Of a DNA stretch of 64,000 nt, positions 10,369-21,597 are shown piece after piece (positions within the stretch are counted from its first letter, which is position 1; every line of letters starts with the position of its first letter). The stretch is from contig CAZZGZ010000003.1 in the NCBI GenBank assembly GCA_964653635.1, forward strand, positions 8,438 to 72,437, in the 5' to 3' direction. The position numbers were made by a program, and so were the translations under genes. A model generated the notes under the pieces. That model worked only from the letters and a program-made list of their open reading frames with translations, did not search any database and was not told where the DNA came from. The stretch comes from an uncultured Lachnospiraceae bacterium. Lineage in GTDB: Bacteria > Bacillota > Clostridia > Christensenellales > UBA1242.

Positions 10369-12567
10369 ATGAAGAAATTTGTCAAGATAAGTCTGATTAG
10401 TATCTTTTTTGTCTTAGCGATTGCAATCTTCTCTATTTTCATATTTATTGGAGTAACCTACTACAAATATACAACTCTTGACATAAACACAGAGGTATTG
10501 CAAGGTGCAAGCGTTTCTGCTTGTGTGTATGATAGTGAAAATAGACTTATAAAATCGCAAAATATGTCAGGTACAAGTTATATTTCCCTTGAAAAACTAC
10601 CTTCTTTTTTGCAAGATTCCTTTATTTCAATCGAGGACAAAAGTTTTTATAGTCACAAAGGGGTCAACGCAAAACGTATGATTGGTGCTATGATAAAAAA
10701 CATTAAAAGCGGAAGTTTTAAAGAAGGTGCATCCACTATCACTCAACAACTTATAAAAAATACTCATTTATCATCTGAAAAAACATTAGAGCGAAAACTC
10801 AAAGAGATCGCTCTTGCCCGCAAGGTAGAAAAAAGATATACCAAAGAAGAAATTTTAGAATTTTATCTCAATGCTATCTATTTTGGAAACAATACCTATG
10901 GCATTAACGATGCAAGTAACTTTTATTTTTCTAAATCGGCAAGTAAACTTAACTTACAAGAAAGTGCCTTGCTTGCTGGCATGATTAAGTCGCCTAAAAA
11001 CTATGATCCCACAAAAAATAACGAAAAAGCAAAACTACGTCGTAATTTGGTACTTAGCGAAATGGTCAAGGATGGAAAAATAACTGAAAATGAGTACATT
11101 CTCGCTAAAAATACAGAAATAGAATTAAATCTCAACTTACAAAATGGTTCACACGAAAACACATACGAAAACTATGCTATTGAAGAAGCTTGTAGTGTGC
11201 TAGATATGACTCCAAAACAACTGGCACTATCTGGTGCAAAAATTTATACCTATAAAAATCAAGAAAATGAGAAGAAATTGCAAAACTTACTAAACTCTCA
11301 AAATTTCAATTCTGATTACGCCTCAATTGCAATCGATAACCATAAATTTGCCATAACCGCATTTGCTGGTAGGTCAGCATACAAACTTTTAGATGCCAAA
11401 CGCTCCCCTGCCTCATGTATAAAACCTATTTTAGTCTATGCCCCTGCTCTAAACGAGTGTGTGATATCTCCCGCCACTCAAATTCTAGACGAAAAGATAA
11501 ACATAGAAAATTATAGTCCTGAAAACGTAGATAAGAAGTTTCATGGCTATGTGTCAGTGGATGAAGCGTTGTCAAAATCATACAATATTCCTAGCATAAA
11601 AATACTATCATATGTTGGAATTGAAAAAGCTAAAAATTACGCCTCAAAAGTAGGTATCACGTTCGATGAAAGTGATGAGGGCTATGCTCTTGCACTCGGC
11701 GGTATGACTTATGGGGTGAGTTTAAAGGAGCTAACCTCTGCATATGTCCCTTTTGCAAGAGGTGGATATTACAATAAAACGTGTTTTGTCTCCCACATAA
11801 CTGATAATAGTGGTAAACTTTTATATGTTAGAAAAATTGAACAAAGACAGATTTTCCGAGATGACACAGCATTTCTTATTACAAGCATGCTACAAAATTG
11901 TGCAAAATATGGAACTGCTAAAAAATTAAACTCTTTAAGCCCATATATTGCCTCAAAAACTGGCACGAATGGAAATGGAAGTGGAATTTTGGATGCTTAC
12001 AATATCTCATATAGTACCGATGAAACATTGGGGGTATGGTGTGGCAATTTGGATAATACAAAAATACAGACGGCAGGAGGAAATGAACCAACAAAAATTG
12101 CACTTGCATACTTTAAAGACAAACCTCTAAAAGAGTTTGAAATGCCATCTTCTGTCTGCTATAAAGATATTGATTTGAGCGAACTTGACGAAAATCACAA
12201 AGTAGTACTTGCAAATAAATATACTCCAACAAGATACAAAAAGCAAGAATTATTTTCTCGCTTTAACCTGCCTGAACAAATTTCTGAAAATTTCACCAAA
12301 AAGCCTGAAATCAATGCCACATTAAAAGCTGATAAAAAAGAGGTACAAATAGAACTCTATCCAAATAAAATTTGTACCTATAAGATTTATTATGATAAAA
12401 TTCGAGAAGAAAATCTGCTAAATAGTATAAATGAAAAAAACACCAAATTAAAACTAAACTTTGATAACAAAGATTACGATAAAATTATAATAGTTGCCAC
12501 CTACACTGCTTGCGATAACCATCCGCAAAGCACCAAAGAATTTACTCTATATCACCCTGAAGAATAA
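10369..12567 (+). CDS. Bifunctional class A penicillin-binding protein (GT51 transglycosylase plus transpeptidase)
   Basis: GT51 motifs EDKSFYSHKGV and GASTITQQLIKN. Transpeptidase motifs SCIKP (SxxK) and SKTGT (KTG). N-terminal membrane anchor. The ATG at 10369 is preferred; the track uses the GTG at 10345. Confidence 0.85.
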   Translation: MKKFVKISLISIFFVLAIAIFSIFIFIGVTYYKYTTLDINTEVLQGASVSACVYDSENRLIKSQNMSGTSYISLEKLPSFLQDSFISIEDKSFYSHKGVNAKRMIGAMIKNIKSGSFKEGASTITQQLIKNTHLSSEKTLERKLKEIALARKVEKRYTKEEILEFYLNAIYFGNNTYGINDASNFYFSKSASKLNLQESALLAGMIKSPKNYDPTKNNEKAKLRRNLVLSEMVKDGKITENEYILAKNTEIELNLNLQNGSHENTYENYAIEEACSVLDMTPKQLALSGAKIYTYKNQENEKKLQNLLNSQNFNSDYASIAIDNHKFAITAFAGRSAYKLLDAKRSPASCIKPILVYAPALNECVISPATQILDEKINIENYSPENVDKKFHGYVSVDEALSKSYNIPSIKILSYVGIEKAKNYASKVGITFDESDEGYALALGGMTYGVSLKELTSAYVPFARGGYYNKTCFVSHITDNSGKLLYVRKIEQRQIFRDDTAFLITSMLQNCAKYGTAKKLNSLSPYIASKTGTNGNGSGILDAYNISYSTDETLGVWCGNLDNTKIQTAGGNEPTKIALAYFKDKPLKEFEMPSSVCYKDIDLSELDENHKVVLANKYTPTRYKKQELFSRFNLPEQISENFTKKPEINATLKADKKEVQIELYPNKICTYKIYYDKIREENLLNSINEKNTKLKLNFDNKDYDKIIIVATYTACDNHPQSTKEFTLYHPEE

Positions 12568-12708
12568 AATGACCTTTATTGATATCAAAATAAAGTTTTA
12601 AAATTTGAAGAAATTTCTTCTATATATACAAAATTATAATTTTTTTGTTAATATTATTTAAAAATTTAAAAAAATAAATACCTATATTAGTCTTTTTAAA
12701 TTCAATGT

Positions 12709-13353
12709 TTAATATTCTTCTCTCCAAGCATCAAGCCATTTTGTGTATACTTCTCTATAATCAATCTTATCTCTGGTAAAATTAATGTCAATACATCTTG
12801 TATCTTCATGTTTTTCAAGCATTGAGAGAGCTTCTGCTGTTATTTCAACACCTCTTGCATTTGTATTTTCTTTCGGTAGCTTTATATATCTATCTCGACC
12901 AATTTCATTTAATATCTTACATTGTGCCTCTTTTGAAAACAATAGTAATTTACCTTCACCACCCCAACAAATTTTTGCCACTAACATATCACAAGAAGGA
13001 GTATATGTATTTTTAAATTCCAAAGATTTTTTAGCATCGACAGTCCAAATCAATTTAACCCCGCTCCATTTTTCACCATTTGTTGTCGTTGTTTTAATTG
13101 ATAAAGGAGTGTTGTTAACAATTACATCAATTTCAGACGTCGTTATAGGAATATCAGGGTTAACAATGTCAATACCAAATTTATACATTAGCAGTGCAAT
13201 TAAAATTCTTTCTCTGACAGACCCTATTTCCATTCCTATTTTACCATTTCTAGAACTTTCTAATTCTGCTAACTGAAATAAATGTGGCAATTTATTTTTA
13301 ACTCTTTTCACTATTAGAGCATCATCAAACAATTTATTATATATACTATTCAT
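12709..13353 (-). CDS. Putative type II restriction endonuclease (partner of the adjacent m5C methyltransferase); specificity unknown
   Basis: A 214-aa ORF that overlaps the end of the methyltransferase gene by 8 nt and has no housekeeping motif. The call rests on gene context only. Confidence 0.5.
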   Translation of the reverse strand: MNSIYNKLFDDALIVKRVKNKLPHLFQLAELESSRNGKIGMEIGSVRERILIALLMYKFGIDIVNPDIPITTSEIDVIVNNTPLSIKTTTTNGEKWSGVKLIWTVDAKKSLEFKNTYTPSCDMLVAKICWGGEGKLLLFSKEAQCKILNEIGRDRYIKLPKENTNARGVEITAEALSMLEKHEDTRCIDINFTRDKIDYREVYTKWLDAWREEY

Positions 13354-14335
13354 TACATTTTTCTCCTGAATTTAAAATTTCCTGTAACATTTGAGATAAA
13401 TGCCACGCAAAAACTGGAGCAACAGCATTTCCAACTTGCCTATACGCATCAGTAGTAGATTTTACAAAGACAAAATTATCAGGAAACGATTGTATTCTTG
13501 CAGCTTCTCTTGCAGACAATCTTCGTGGCAAAGAATAATGAAATTCTATATTTCCATGATGTTCAGCTCTCATTGTTGGAGCAGGTTTATCTGGTTTAGT
13601 TATTGTATTTCCTTGTTTACCTTTAAAAAGTTTTGCTTTGGAATATCCATTATTAGGCAAAGAGTTGTGTACATTTTCATCTTCCAAATCACCAATAGCA
13701 TCTTTAATCGTTAGCCAAGGTTTTAAGTTTGCATCACTTATTGAGTGTGTTGGTTTTGGCCATTTTATATCAGCATTCAAGTCATTTCTAACACCTACAA
13801 TGATTACACGCTCTCTTATTTGTGGTACACCATAATCAGCAGTATTAAATAATTTATATTCTACTTTATAGCCAAGCTTTGAAAAATCTTCAATTATTGT
13901 TTTAATTGCTAAGCCCTTTTCCCAAGAAATTAAGCCTTTAACATTTTCTGCGAGAAAAACTTTTGGTTTTAATAAATCTATTACTTTCGCCATGCTTTGA
14001 TATAACTTACCTCTTTTAGCATTCAACCCTTGCCTTTTCCCCGCTAAACTAAAATCTTGACATGGAAAACCTCCAATAACAACATCAGCCGAATCGGGCA
14101 AGTTAAATTTACTGTTATCTTCATCTAAAATTTTTGTAATATCTTGACATACAACATTAATGCCATGAAAATTTAATTTTTGAGTTTGTGTTGCTTTTTC
14201 GTTTATATCGTTAGCCCAAATGATTTTAAATGGATTTTTATCATAATAGTTGTTTAGATATCTAAATCCACCTTCAATTCCCAAATCAAGCCCACCGCAA
14301 CCAGAAAATAAAGAAACAACTTTATAATCCTGCAT
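13346..14335 (-). CDS. DNA (cytosine-5)-methyltransferase
   Basis: Canonical m5C motifs: SLFSGCGGLDLG (I), GGFPCQDFSLAG (IV, catalytic Cys), ENVKGL (VI), QIRERVIIVG (VIII), and RQVGNAVAP (X). Confidence 0.92.
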   Translation of the reverse strand: MQDYKVVSLFSGCGGLDLGIEGGFRYLNNYYDKNPFKIIWANDINEKATQTQKLNFHGINVVCQDITKILDEDNSKFNLPDSADVVIGGFPCQDFSLAGKRQGLNAKRGKLYQSMAKVIDLLKPKVFLAENVKGLISWEKGLAIKTIIEDFSKLGYKVEYKLFNTADYGVPQIRERVIIVGVRNDLNADIKWPKPTHSISDANLKPWLTIKDAIGDLEDENVHNSLPNNGYSKAKLFKGKQGNTITKPDKPAPTMRAEHHGNIEFHYSLPRRLSAREAARIQSFPDNFVFVKSTTDAYRQVGNAVAPVFAWHLSQMLQEILNSGEKCNE

Positions 14336-14751
14336 TTTTTACTCCTAATTTTTTCTAATATAACTTGATTATAACACATACAACTTAAAATTGTGTCAAT
14401 ATAAAAAAGTTTTTTCAAAATATTTTTAAAATAATATTCGATATTTGCATGCTATTTGCAAAAACTAACCTATATTTACACAACAAAATAAGGTTATCTA
14501 AGAGAAAACGTATTCGTCACTACTCACTCTAAACAATGTTTTTGCATAGATAAAAATATGAAAAAGCAGAAGTTTGATATTCCACCAGAAAAACTCTGTT
14601 TATTAGCATCAAGTCTTGCGTGCTACATAGAAAATAACTTTTCAAATCCAGACATTTGTACTATCAAGGTTTTTTTATCCTTGCTCAGTTGCAATCTATC
14701 AAGTTATGAAGCACAGCACGAAATTTGTCGGCATATAAACAAGCCCAAAGA

Positions 14752-17700
14752 TTAATTTTTTCGTTTTTTCACTTTATTGACGATAAAAAGTATTAAAAGC
14801 AATCCTACTGCAACTATAATAACAGTGATAAGTATATTCTTATAGTTGTACGTAACTGCAATAGTAAGATAAATATTTTCGTTTATGTTATAGACTTTGA
14901 GTGTCTCCCCATCAAAAGTTGCATACATATTTTCAGTATCAATATCGAAGAGTGAAGTATCTGAGCCTAATTCAATTTTAACTCCATTCAGGTAAATATA
15001 GTCAATTGTTTTATATAGTCCAGTGTGTATTGGAATTGACAACACATCACCCTCAAACACATAATTATCAAAATAGAGTTCAATACCTGTAATGACACTT
15101 GCCACCTTGTAAGTGTTTGCAAATTCTACATATAAATCAATGTTTTCGCCCTTGCAAGCTGTCCTGCTCAAAAAATACCTAAAACTAGTTCTATTTGAAA
15201 TTTCCACACTTTGACCATTTACTAAAACTGACTTAATTTTTATGCTACTTGCCACAGTATCTAAAACATCTATAGCAATTTTATAATGACCTTGTAAATC
15301 ATAGTAACACTTGTAGGCATATTTTTCACTTTCAGAGTTAGCATTTGTAAGTGTTTCAGGTTCAGTTTCTACTTCATTAATAATACTTCTCACTACCTTC
15401 CCATAACTATCATTGACTATCTCGACAAATAGGTAAACAAAAGTTTTATCAAACGTTACAGAAATATCATAATTGTAAAGAGCAAAAACTTCAAATTCGA
15501 CCACAGCCTCATTACAATAAATGATTTTAGATTCAATATCTATGTCGCTGACTTGAAAATCACTATTTGTAATCACTATTTTATCGACTACATATCCCTC
15601 ATTTGCGGTAGCCGTGAATGTGAGGGTTTGATTTTGTGTGTATGACCTTGTAATCTCACCTGCTAAACTTAACGAACCATCAGAAAGTGTACCATTATCG
15701 CCAACATGAATGGTAAAATCCGCCGTGTATCTTGCAAAATACACCTTTACCACTAAATCTTCTTGCACATAGTCAATAACATACGCATTATTTTCAGTTT
15801 CACATAATTCTCCATTTACATACAAAGCATAAAATTTATACACTTCATCAAGCCCCACAAAGTACATTGTAAGCGTTGAATTTTTTATATAAGATTGATA
15901 CGCATTTTGAGTAAATGTATCTGTTCTATTACGCTCAAAAAACTCATTTTGATAACTTGTTACTATCTGCCCGTAACCTATAATTTCATACGTAACCTTA
16001 TAAGTAATTAGACTAAAAATTATACTAAGAACATGCATACTTGTGACATTTTCAAACACAATTTCATAAATATCTCCACCATTGTTATTTGTCCCCACAA
16101 GTGTTAGTGTTAGAGATAGACTAGAATCATTATCAAGTTCGTAATCAAGTTCAATCATAGCATTAGCAAGTTCAACTAAAATAACAAAATCCTCTCCATA
16201 ATTTACAAACTGTCCCTCAGTCGCACTACCTAAGTTCTCATCATTAATAGAGATGTCCACGAAAAATACATGGTAAATAAATTCCACACTCAACGATTGA
16301 TTAGATGTTACATTTTCAAAACTTACCATAGTTGTGATTTTAGAAAGTACTTCATCGTTTAGTGTTATGCTCAAAATTCCAAAACTAGTTTTTGGTTCAA
16401 TGTAAAGGTTACCATCTGTGATATCATCCACAAATACTCTACTTGCATATAAACTAGAATCATACCCCGTCACACTTCCACCAGTGCCACATGAAATATC
16501 CACATAATAATTCGTGGAATTAGCACTTAAAATATATATAGTGAAAAGCTTAGATTCTATTTTTTCAGTCCCATATATGCCAGTAAGAATTAAATATACT
16601 ACCATATCTTGTGTTATTTCCCCAAAATAGTCTTTAACATCTAGTGTTAAAATGTTGGAAGAAATATTTAAACTTTCAAAGGTTTCCCCGTCACTGCTTA
16701 TTTGCCAATCAAGTTCTTCTATATCACCTACAATAACAGTTTCAAGACTTAAAATCTCGTCTTTGGCAGTATCAATAATATGATAGTCTGATTCCTGTGT
16801 GATTATACCATATTTTGTATAGAAAGTGTACCCATTTTCAGTAGCATAGGTTTCAGCCTGCGTATCTTCATATCCATAGATTATTCCTCCATTTTGCAAG
16901 GTTAAACTTATACTATCTATGGATGAGCCAAATTCTATTACTAATCCCTCTTGTAGATTTGAGATGGTGTCAGAGACACTAGTCACATTTGTAAAATTGA
17001 CGCTCTCTAAATATGGGTAAACAGCATAATATGTGTAACTATCGTTTGTATTTAAAAAGAAGTTTGAAATTCCCTTAAAATTTCCAAAATCCACCACCTT
17101 GAGTTTACTCACCATGCTATCGTAGTACAATAAGTTGCTTGTAATACTCTTGCTATTTTTTGAAGTTGATAGGTATAGATATTGAAGATTTTCAAGGTTA
17201 TAAAGGGATTCGGATTCGTAGCTTTCAAGTTTTGTAAATGTTAATCGTCTGACACTAGAAAGGTTGTATAATGAGGCTTCGGAAAGGGATATTATATTTT
17301 CACTATCAATATATTCAAGTTTATCGCAGTTAAAGATTGCAAAGCTATCCAAAGAAATGGTCGAAGAAAACTTTATGCCAACAATATTTGAGTTACAACC
17401 GATGGCAGACTCTCCTAATTTTCCTACTATAATACCATTGACAGCACTTGGAATTGTGATATACTTATAGCCATTGTCGTAAATTTCATCAATACATATT
17501 CTTCGAGAATAGGAACTATAATAAATGGAATACGAAAAGTCATTTTCTGTCAAAAGTACATAAAAAGGTTCTCCCTCTACATCGTATGAAGTTACATAAT
17601 TATATAGTGCTGTGCTTTGATACTTTATGAGAAAGCCCTCTATTTTTTGCAGTGTTTCATCTACAAGCGTATAACCTAAAGCATACTCGCCAACACTTAA

Positions 17701-20700
17701 AAGTTGAATATTTTCCTCAAATTCACTTAGTGAGCATGCCACAAAGGCATACGAACCTATATTTTGTAAACTATCAGAATAAATTTCACTCAGATTTTGG
17801 CAGTTGTAAAAGGCATAAGATCCCACCACTTTGAGGTTTGGAGCATATATTGTAGTAAGATTTTCACAGCCTTTAAAACTACTATTCCCGATTTCTTCTA
17901 GGTACGCCATATTAATCGTTTGAATATATGTGTTACCTTCAAAAGCATTATCTGCAATCTTAACTATTCGATGATTTAAAATAGTGCTAGCAATAATACT
18001 TGCCGTGTAATTTTGTGCAGAAATAATCATTACAGCATCCAAACTTGTACCAACCGTTTCAAACACTATTCCACTTTCGGTCATTGATTGCACCTTGTAA
18101 TTGTTATCTGTACAGAAATCATATATCTTACTATTAGGACTTGCAACAAATGTAGCATTTGGCAAGTTAAATCCATAAAAATAGTTAAGACTTTCTGTAA
18201 ATATGATTTTTTCTAACATATCACATTTAAGATAGCCTACCATTGAGACAGATGATAGGTCAATTTCATAGGCATTTTCACAATCAAATTCTTGCGACCC
18301 TAAAACTAGTACACCACTAAAATCAATTTGGCTCAAATCTACATGATTAAAAGCGAAATCGTGTACAAATCTAAGCATGTTTGTGAATTTCAATTTTACT
18401 TCACTTTGTTGAAGAGTGCTATAAAAAGCATAGGAACCTACTTTTGTTGTGTTTGAAAAGTCAAAAGTGACCCCATCTGCAAAAGTACACTGTAAAAAAG
18501 CACCCTCACCAATTATACTCACACTTGGCAAATACACACTTTGTATTTCATTCTGTGCAAAAGCGTACATTGCAATTTCTGTTAAACAAGGTAAGTTAAT
18601 TGCAACAGTGCCAACCGCTCTAAATGCACCATAACCGAGAAAAGTTAAATTTTCTAGATTGATTTCGCAAATTGCAGTCCCCATGAATGCTTCCGCACCG
18701 ATAAATTCACACTTAGGCAACGTTATATTTTCAAGACTGGATCTATACAAAAATGCGAATTCATCAATTTTTGTAACGCTTGATAGTGTCAATGATTGCA
18801 AAACATTTGCCTCGTCATAGTCTACTGCAAAAGCCCACTTACCGACATATTCAAGTTTACTTAAATTCACATTTATTAATGAAGAACAATTATAAAAGGC
18901 GTAGTCTGATATAGTAGTTACATTTTCAAGATTTTCATCGGTAAGATTTTCTATTGCAGTACCACTAAATGAATATTCACCGATTTTTGTGACATTTTGT
19001 GCATAAACATAGCTCAAATTCACACAACCATAAAAAGCGTAAGATTCAATACTTATGCAGGCATCGGGGAGCGTAACACTTCGAAGTGATGTGTTGTTTA
19101 AAAACGCCTTACTATCAATACCTACAACCAAAATTTCTCCAATGCTATCTGGTACGCTTAATGTTTCTTCGTTTCCAAGATAGGAAGTTATATAACCCGA
19201 ATCTGAGATTTTAAAAAGTTTTTCATGGTCTAAGGCACCTATAAGATATTCTTGCGATACTATTTCTGTTGATGAAGCTATGTTTTCCCCGTTATATACC
19301 ACAGCATAAGCATTTACAGTGCAAGAGGCTGTAATTGTAATAGGCGAAGTGTAAATGTTTTCAGGGTCACCATCTATACCATAGTAAATAACCACATATT
19401 CGTTGCTATCAACTACTCCACTATATTCTAGTGTCAATTCAAAAGAATCTTCGTAATAACTTTGCGTATGATCAAATACCACAGTCCCCGACTTATAATT
19501 TACAATATTAGAAAGATTGACATAACCATAACCATAATATATATCGAACCCAGAAGTGCCTAGGTCGGTTAAGTTATTAAAAAGAGCATCTTCAACCATT
19601 TGCATATTCTTATAAATCGACGTCATGGAAGATATTAAAGCCACGACGGCAGAGATGTGAGGTGCTGCCATAGAAGTACCACTTTTATGTGTGGTAGTTC
19701 CATCAATACTAGCAGATAAGATATCTGTACCAGGGGCACATACATCAATCACACTTCCATAGTTAGAGTAAGAACTTGCAAATTTCAAGGTATCTCCAAC
19801 GGCGGATACAGTTATGGCACTTGAAATGTTTGCAGGTGAAACATCTGTAGCATTCGCATGTTCATTACCAGCCGCAACAACTGACAGCACATTAGCATCG
19901 TACAATTCGTCAATCACCTGCTCATATGCCTCTTTAACTTCACTAGAAGAACTGCCACCTAAACTTAAATTTGCAGCAACAATATTTACTCCCTCATTTT
20001 TAAGTGCTAAAATATATTCAAGTCCTGTAAGAATTGAAGAAACACTGCCCTTGCCCTCACTATTCATTACCTTGATTGGTATAATCTTGACATTGGATAA
20101 AGTTAAGTCGGTTATTATACCCGATACATGCGTGCCATGACCATGGTCATCTTCATATTTATATTCTGAAGAACTTGTAGTCACTGTTAACGCCTTGCCA
20201 TGTTCAAAATCAATTCTACCTGAAAACATGTAGTGGTCAGTATCTATTCCCGTGTCTATGACAGCAACATAAACATTATTAAGTGTTTGATTTGATAGGT
20301 AGGATGTTGCAGTGCTGATACTCATACTGCTCGCTCCCCATGATAAGTAAGATGAAGAAGTTTCGCTCACTGTATCTTCTTCAACCTCTTCTAACATGGT
20401 TACACTATCAAAAATCACGTTTGTAACAGCACTATTTGACTTGAAATGTTCATATGCTGATAACATTTCCTCTTCGGTGGAATATTTGAATATATGATAA
20501 TTTTTATAGCCAGAAACCTCCATTGTCGCACCATAACTATCAATGTTTTCATCACTAAAAACAATTAGCCGTTTCGTTTCATAAGGATTTGACAGAGTCA
20601 AGACATTTTCTGATATGCTATAAACAAGGTTATAGTCTGAAAAATCGCATAAGCTAACATATTCACTATCATTCACGTATGATATGTCAATATTTGAATT

Positions 20701-20982
20701 GTTTTTTGTCACCATGTTAGTTGTAGGGTCAACACTAATTATACTTGAAAATTTCTTCATGGTGTCAAGGTTGACTAATATATCATCTTCCAGTTCTATA
20801 TAATCCATAGTGGAAACTTCACCACATAAATCATCTTCACTTAGCATAGTTGCAAGTTTGTCTGAAAATGCAAGAATACTTTCAAGATTGCTTTGGTTAT
20901 CATTGCTGATATTAAAAAGATATAATGTTGAACTAAGTACCAGTCCAATAATTAAAAATACAATTAAAGATTTTTTGCTCAT
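14752..20982 (-). CDS. Giant surface protein with four parts: an N-terminal signal/anchor, an S8 subtilisin-like serine peptidase domain, BspA-type leucine-rich repeats, and beta-rich repeats ending in a C-terminal TM anchor
   Basis: Signal-like MSKKSLIVFLIIGLVLSSTLYLF. Catalytic triad motifs VAVIDTGIDTDH, HGHGTHVSGII, and SGTSMAAPHISA. There are many IGxxAFxxCxxL repeats. The C-terminal helix is ILITVIIVAVGLLLILFIV, followed by KVKKRKN. Confidence 0.85.
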   Translation of the reverse strand: MSKKSLIVFLIIGLVLSSTLYLFNISNDNQSNLESILAFSDKLATMLSEDDLCGEVSTMDYIELEDDILVNLDTMKKFSSIISVDPTTNMVTKNNSNIDISYVNDSEYVSLCDFSDYNLVYSISENVLTLSNPYETKRLIVFSDENIDSYGATMEVSGYKNYHIFKYSTEEEMLSAYEHFKSNSAVTNVIFDSVTMLEEVEEDTVSETSSSYLSWGASSMSISTATSYLSNQTLNNVYVAVIDTGIDTDHYMFSGRIDFEHGKALTVTTSSSEYKYEDDHGHGTHVSGIITDLTLSNVKIIPIKVMNSEGKGSVSSILTGLEYILALKNEGVNIVAANLSLGGSSSSEVKEAYEQVIDELYDANVLSVVAAGNEHANATDVSPANISSAITVSAVGDTLKFASSYSNYGSVIDVCAPGTDILSASIDGTTTHKSGTSMAAPHISAVVALISSMTSIYKNMQMVEDALFNNLTDLGTSGFDIYYGYGYVNLSNIVNYKSGTVVFDHTQSYYEDSFELTLEYSGVVDSNEYVVIYYGIDGDPENIYTSPITITASCTVNAYAVVYNGENIASSTEIVSQEYLIGALDHEKLFKISDSGYITSYLGNEETLSVPDSIGEILVVGIDSKAFLNNTSLRSVTLPDACISIESYAFYGCVNLSYVYAQNVTKIGEYSFSGTAIENLTDENLENVTTISDYAFYNCSSLINVNLSKLEYVGKWAFAVDYDEANVLQSLTLSSVTKIDEFAFLYRSSLENITLPKCEFIGAEAFMGTAICEINLENLTFLGYGAFRAVGTVAINLPCLTEIAMYAFAQNEIQSVYLPSVSIIGEGAFLQCTFADGVTFDFSNTTKVGSYAFYSTLQQSEVKLKFTNMLRFVHDFAFNHVDLSQIDFSGVLVLGSQEFDCENAYEIDLSSVSMVGYLKCDMLEKIIFTESLNYFYGFNLPNATFVASPNSKIYDFCTDNNYKVQSMTESGIVFETVGTSLDAVMIISAQNYTASIIASTILNHRIVKIADNAFEGNTYIQTINMAYLEEIGNSSFKGCENLTTIYAPNLKVVGSYAFYNCQNLSEIYSDSLQNIGSYAFVACSLSEFEENIQLLSVGEYALGYTLVDETLQKIEGFLIKYQSTALYNYVTSYDVEGEPFYVLLTENDFSYSIYYSSYSRRICIDEIYDNGYKYITIPSAVNGIIVGKLGESAIGCNSNIVGIKFSSTISLDSFAIFNCDKLEYIDSENIISLSEASLYNLSSVRRLTFTKLESYESESLYNLENLQYLYLSTSKNSKSITSNLLYYDSMVSKLKVVDFGNFKGISNFFLNTNDSYTYYAVYPYLESVNFTNVTSVSDTISNLQEGLVIEFGSSIDSISLTLQNGGIIYGYEDTQAETYATENGYTFYTKYGIITQESDYHIIDTAKDEILSLETVIVGDIEELDWQISSDGETFESLNISSNILTLDVKDYFGEITQDMVVYLILTGIYGTEKIESKLFTIYILSANSTNYYVDISCGTGGSVTGYDSSLYASRVFVDDITDGNLYIEPKTSFGILSITLNDEVLSKITTMVSFENVTSNQSLSVEFIYHVFFVDISINDENLGSATEGQFVNYGEDFVILVELANAMIELDYELDNDSSLSLTLTLVGTNNNGGDIYEIVFENVTSMHVLSIIFSLITYKVTYEIIGYGQIVTSYQNEFFERNRTDTFTQNAYQSYIKNSTLTMYFVGLDEVYKFYALYVNGELCETENNAYVIDYVQEDLVVKVYFARYTADFTIHVGDNGTLSDGSLSLAGEITRSYTQNQTLTFTATANEGYVVDKIVITNSDFQVSDIDIESKIIYCNEAVVEFEVFALYNYDISVTFDKTFVYLFVEIVNDSYGKVVRSIINEVETEPETLTNANSESEKYAYKCYYDLQGHYKIAIDVLDTVASSIKIKSVLVNGQSVEISNRTSFRYFLSRTACKGENIDLYVEFANTYKVASVITGIELYFDNYVFEGDVLSIPIHTGLYKTIDYIYLNGVKIELGSDTSLFDIDTENMYATFDGETLKVYNINENIYLTIAVTYNYKNILITVIIVAVGLLLILFIVNKVKKRKN

Positions 20983-21523
20983 AAGTTTATTGTATCACTT
21001 TTTAATATATTTACAAACTATTTGTCAAAATTATAATCTAAAATCTATTAGAATTATAACTTAAAAAAGTAAATTTTTATCTAAAATTTATAGCCATTAT
21101 ATTATTTAACATTCGCCTGCTCATTATATATACTAGGTTGTATATATATTAGTTCTGCTTTTGTTTTTAACTTATTTATTTACCATTTTTGTTTTTATGT
21201 AACTATTTTTCATATTTAAGAGATTTTTATAAGATACCCCCCCTCTCCTCCTTTTTGTTTGAATTTTAAATTAAAAATCTATTGTTTTGTTAACTTAGTT
21301 TTTTTGTTATTTTAGACTTAATTACACGTGTTATGTTTCATAGGTTATTTAACAAAATTTTAAAAAAATAATTATAAAAAAGAACTAAATTTGCTTTTTT
21401 ACCCTTCATTAATCTCAACCACAAACAACATTATTTCATGATTTCCATATGATTAATTAAAAAAATATACCATTTATAATGTTGTAAAACTATAAAAACA
21501 TCATGTATGGTATACTCTTACGT

Positions 21524-21597
21524 TGGCAGGGGTGGAAGGAATCGAACCCTCCTCTAAAGTTTTGGAGACTCTCATTCTACCGATGAACTACACCCCT
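21524..21597 (-). tRNA. trnW: tRNA-Trp (anticodon CCA), with encoded CCA end
   Basis: The reverse complement folds as a cloverleaf. The acceptor is AGGGGTG/CACCCCT, the anticodon stem AGAGT/ACTTT carries a CTCCAAA loop, and the T-loop is TTCGATT. It ends with discriminator G and CCA. Confidence 0.9.

Noticed and set aside
12785-13276. A 163-aa plus-strand ORF antisense to the putative restriction endonuclease
   Set aside because: It is fully nested antisense to the longer ORF. That longer ORF is coupled to the methyltransferase gene by an 8-nt overlap.
14558-14755. A 65-aa plus-strand ORF upstream of the methyltransferase, considered as a possible R-M controller protein
   Set aside because: There is no helix-turn-helix pattern and no convincing ribosome-binding site. 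Its end overlaps the stop region of the giant protease gene. I left it uncalled.
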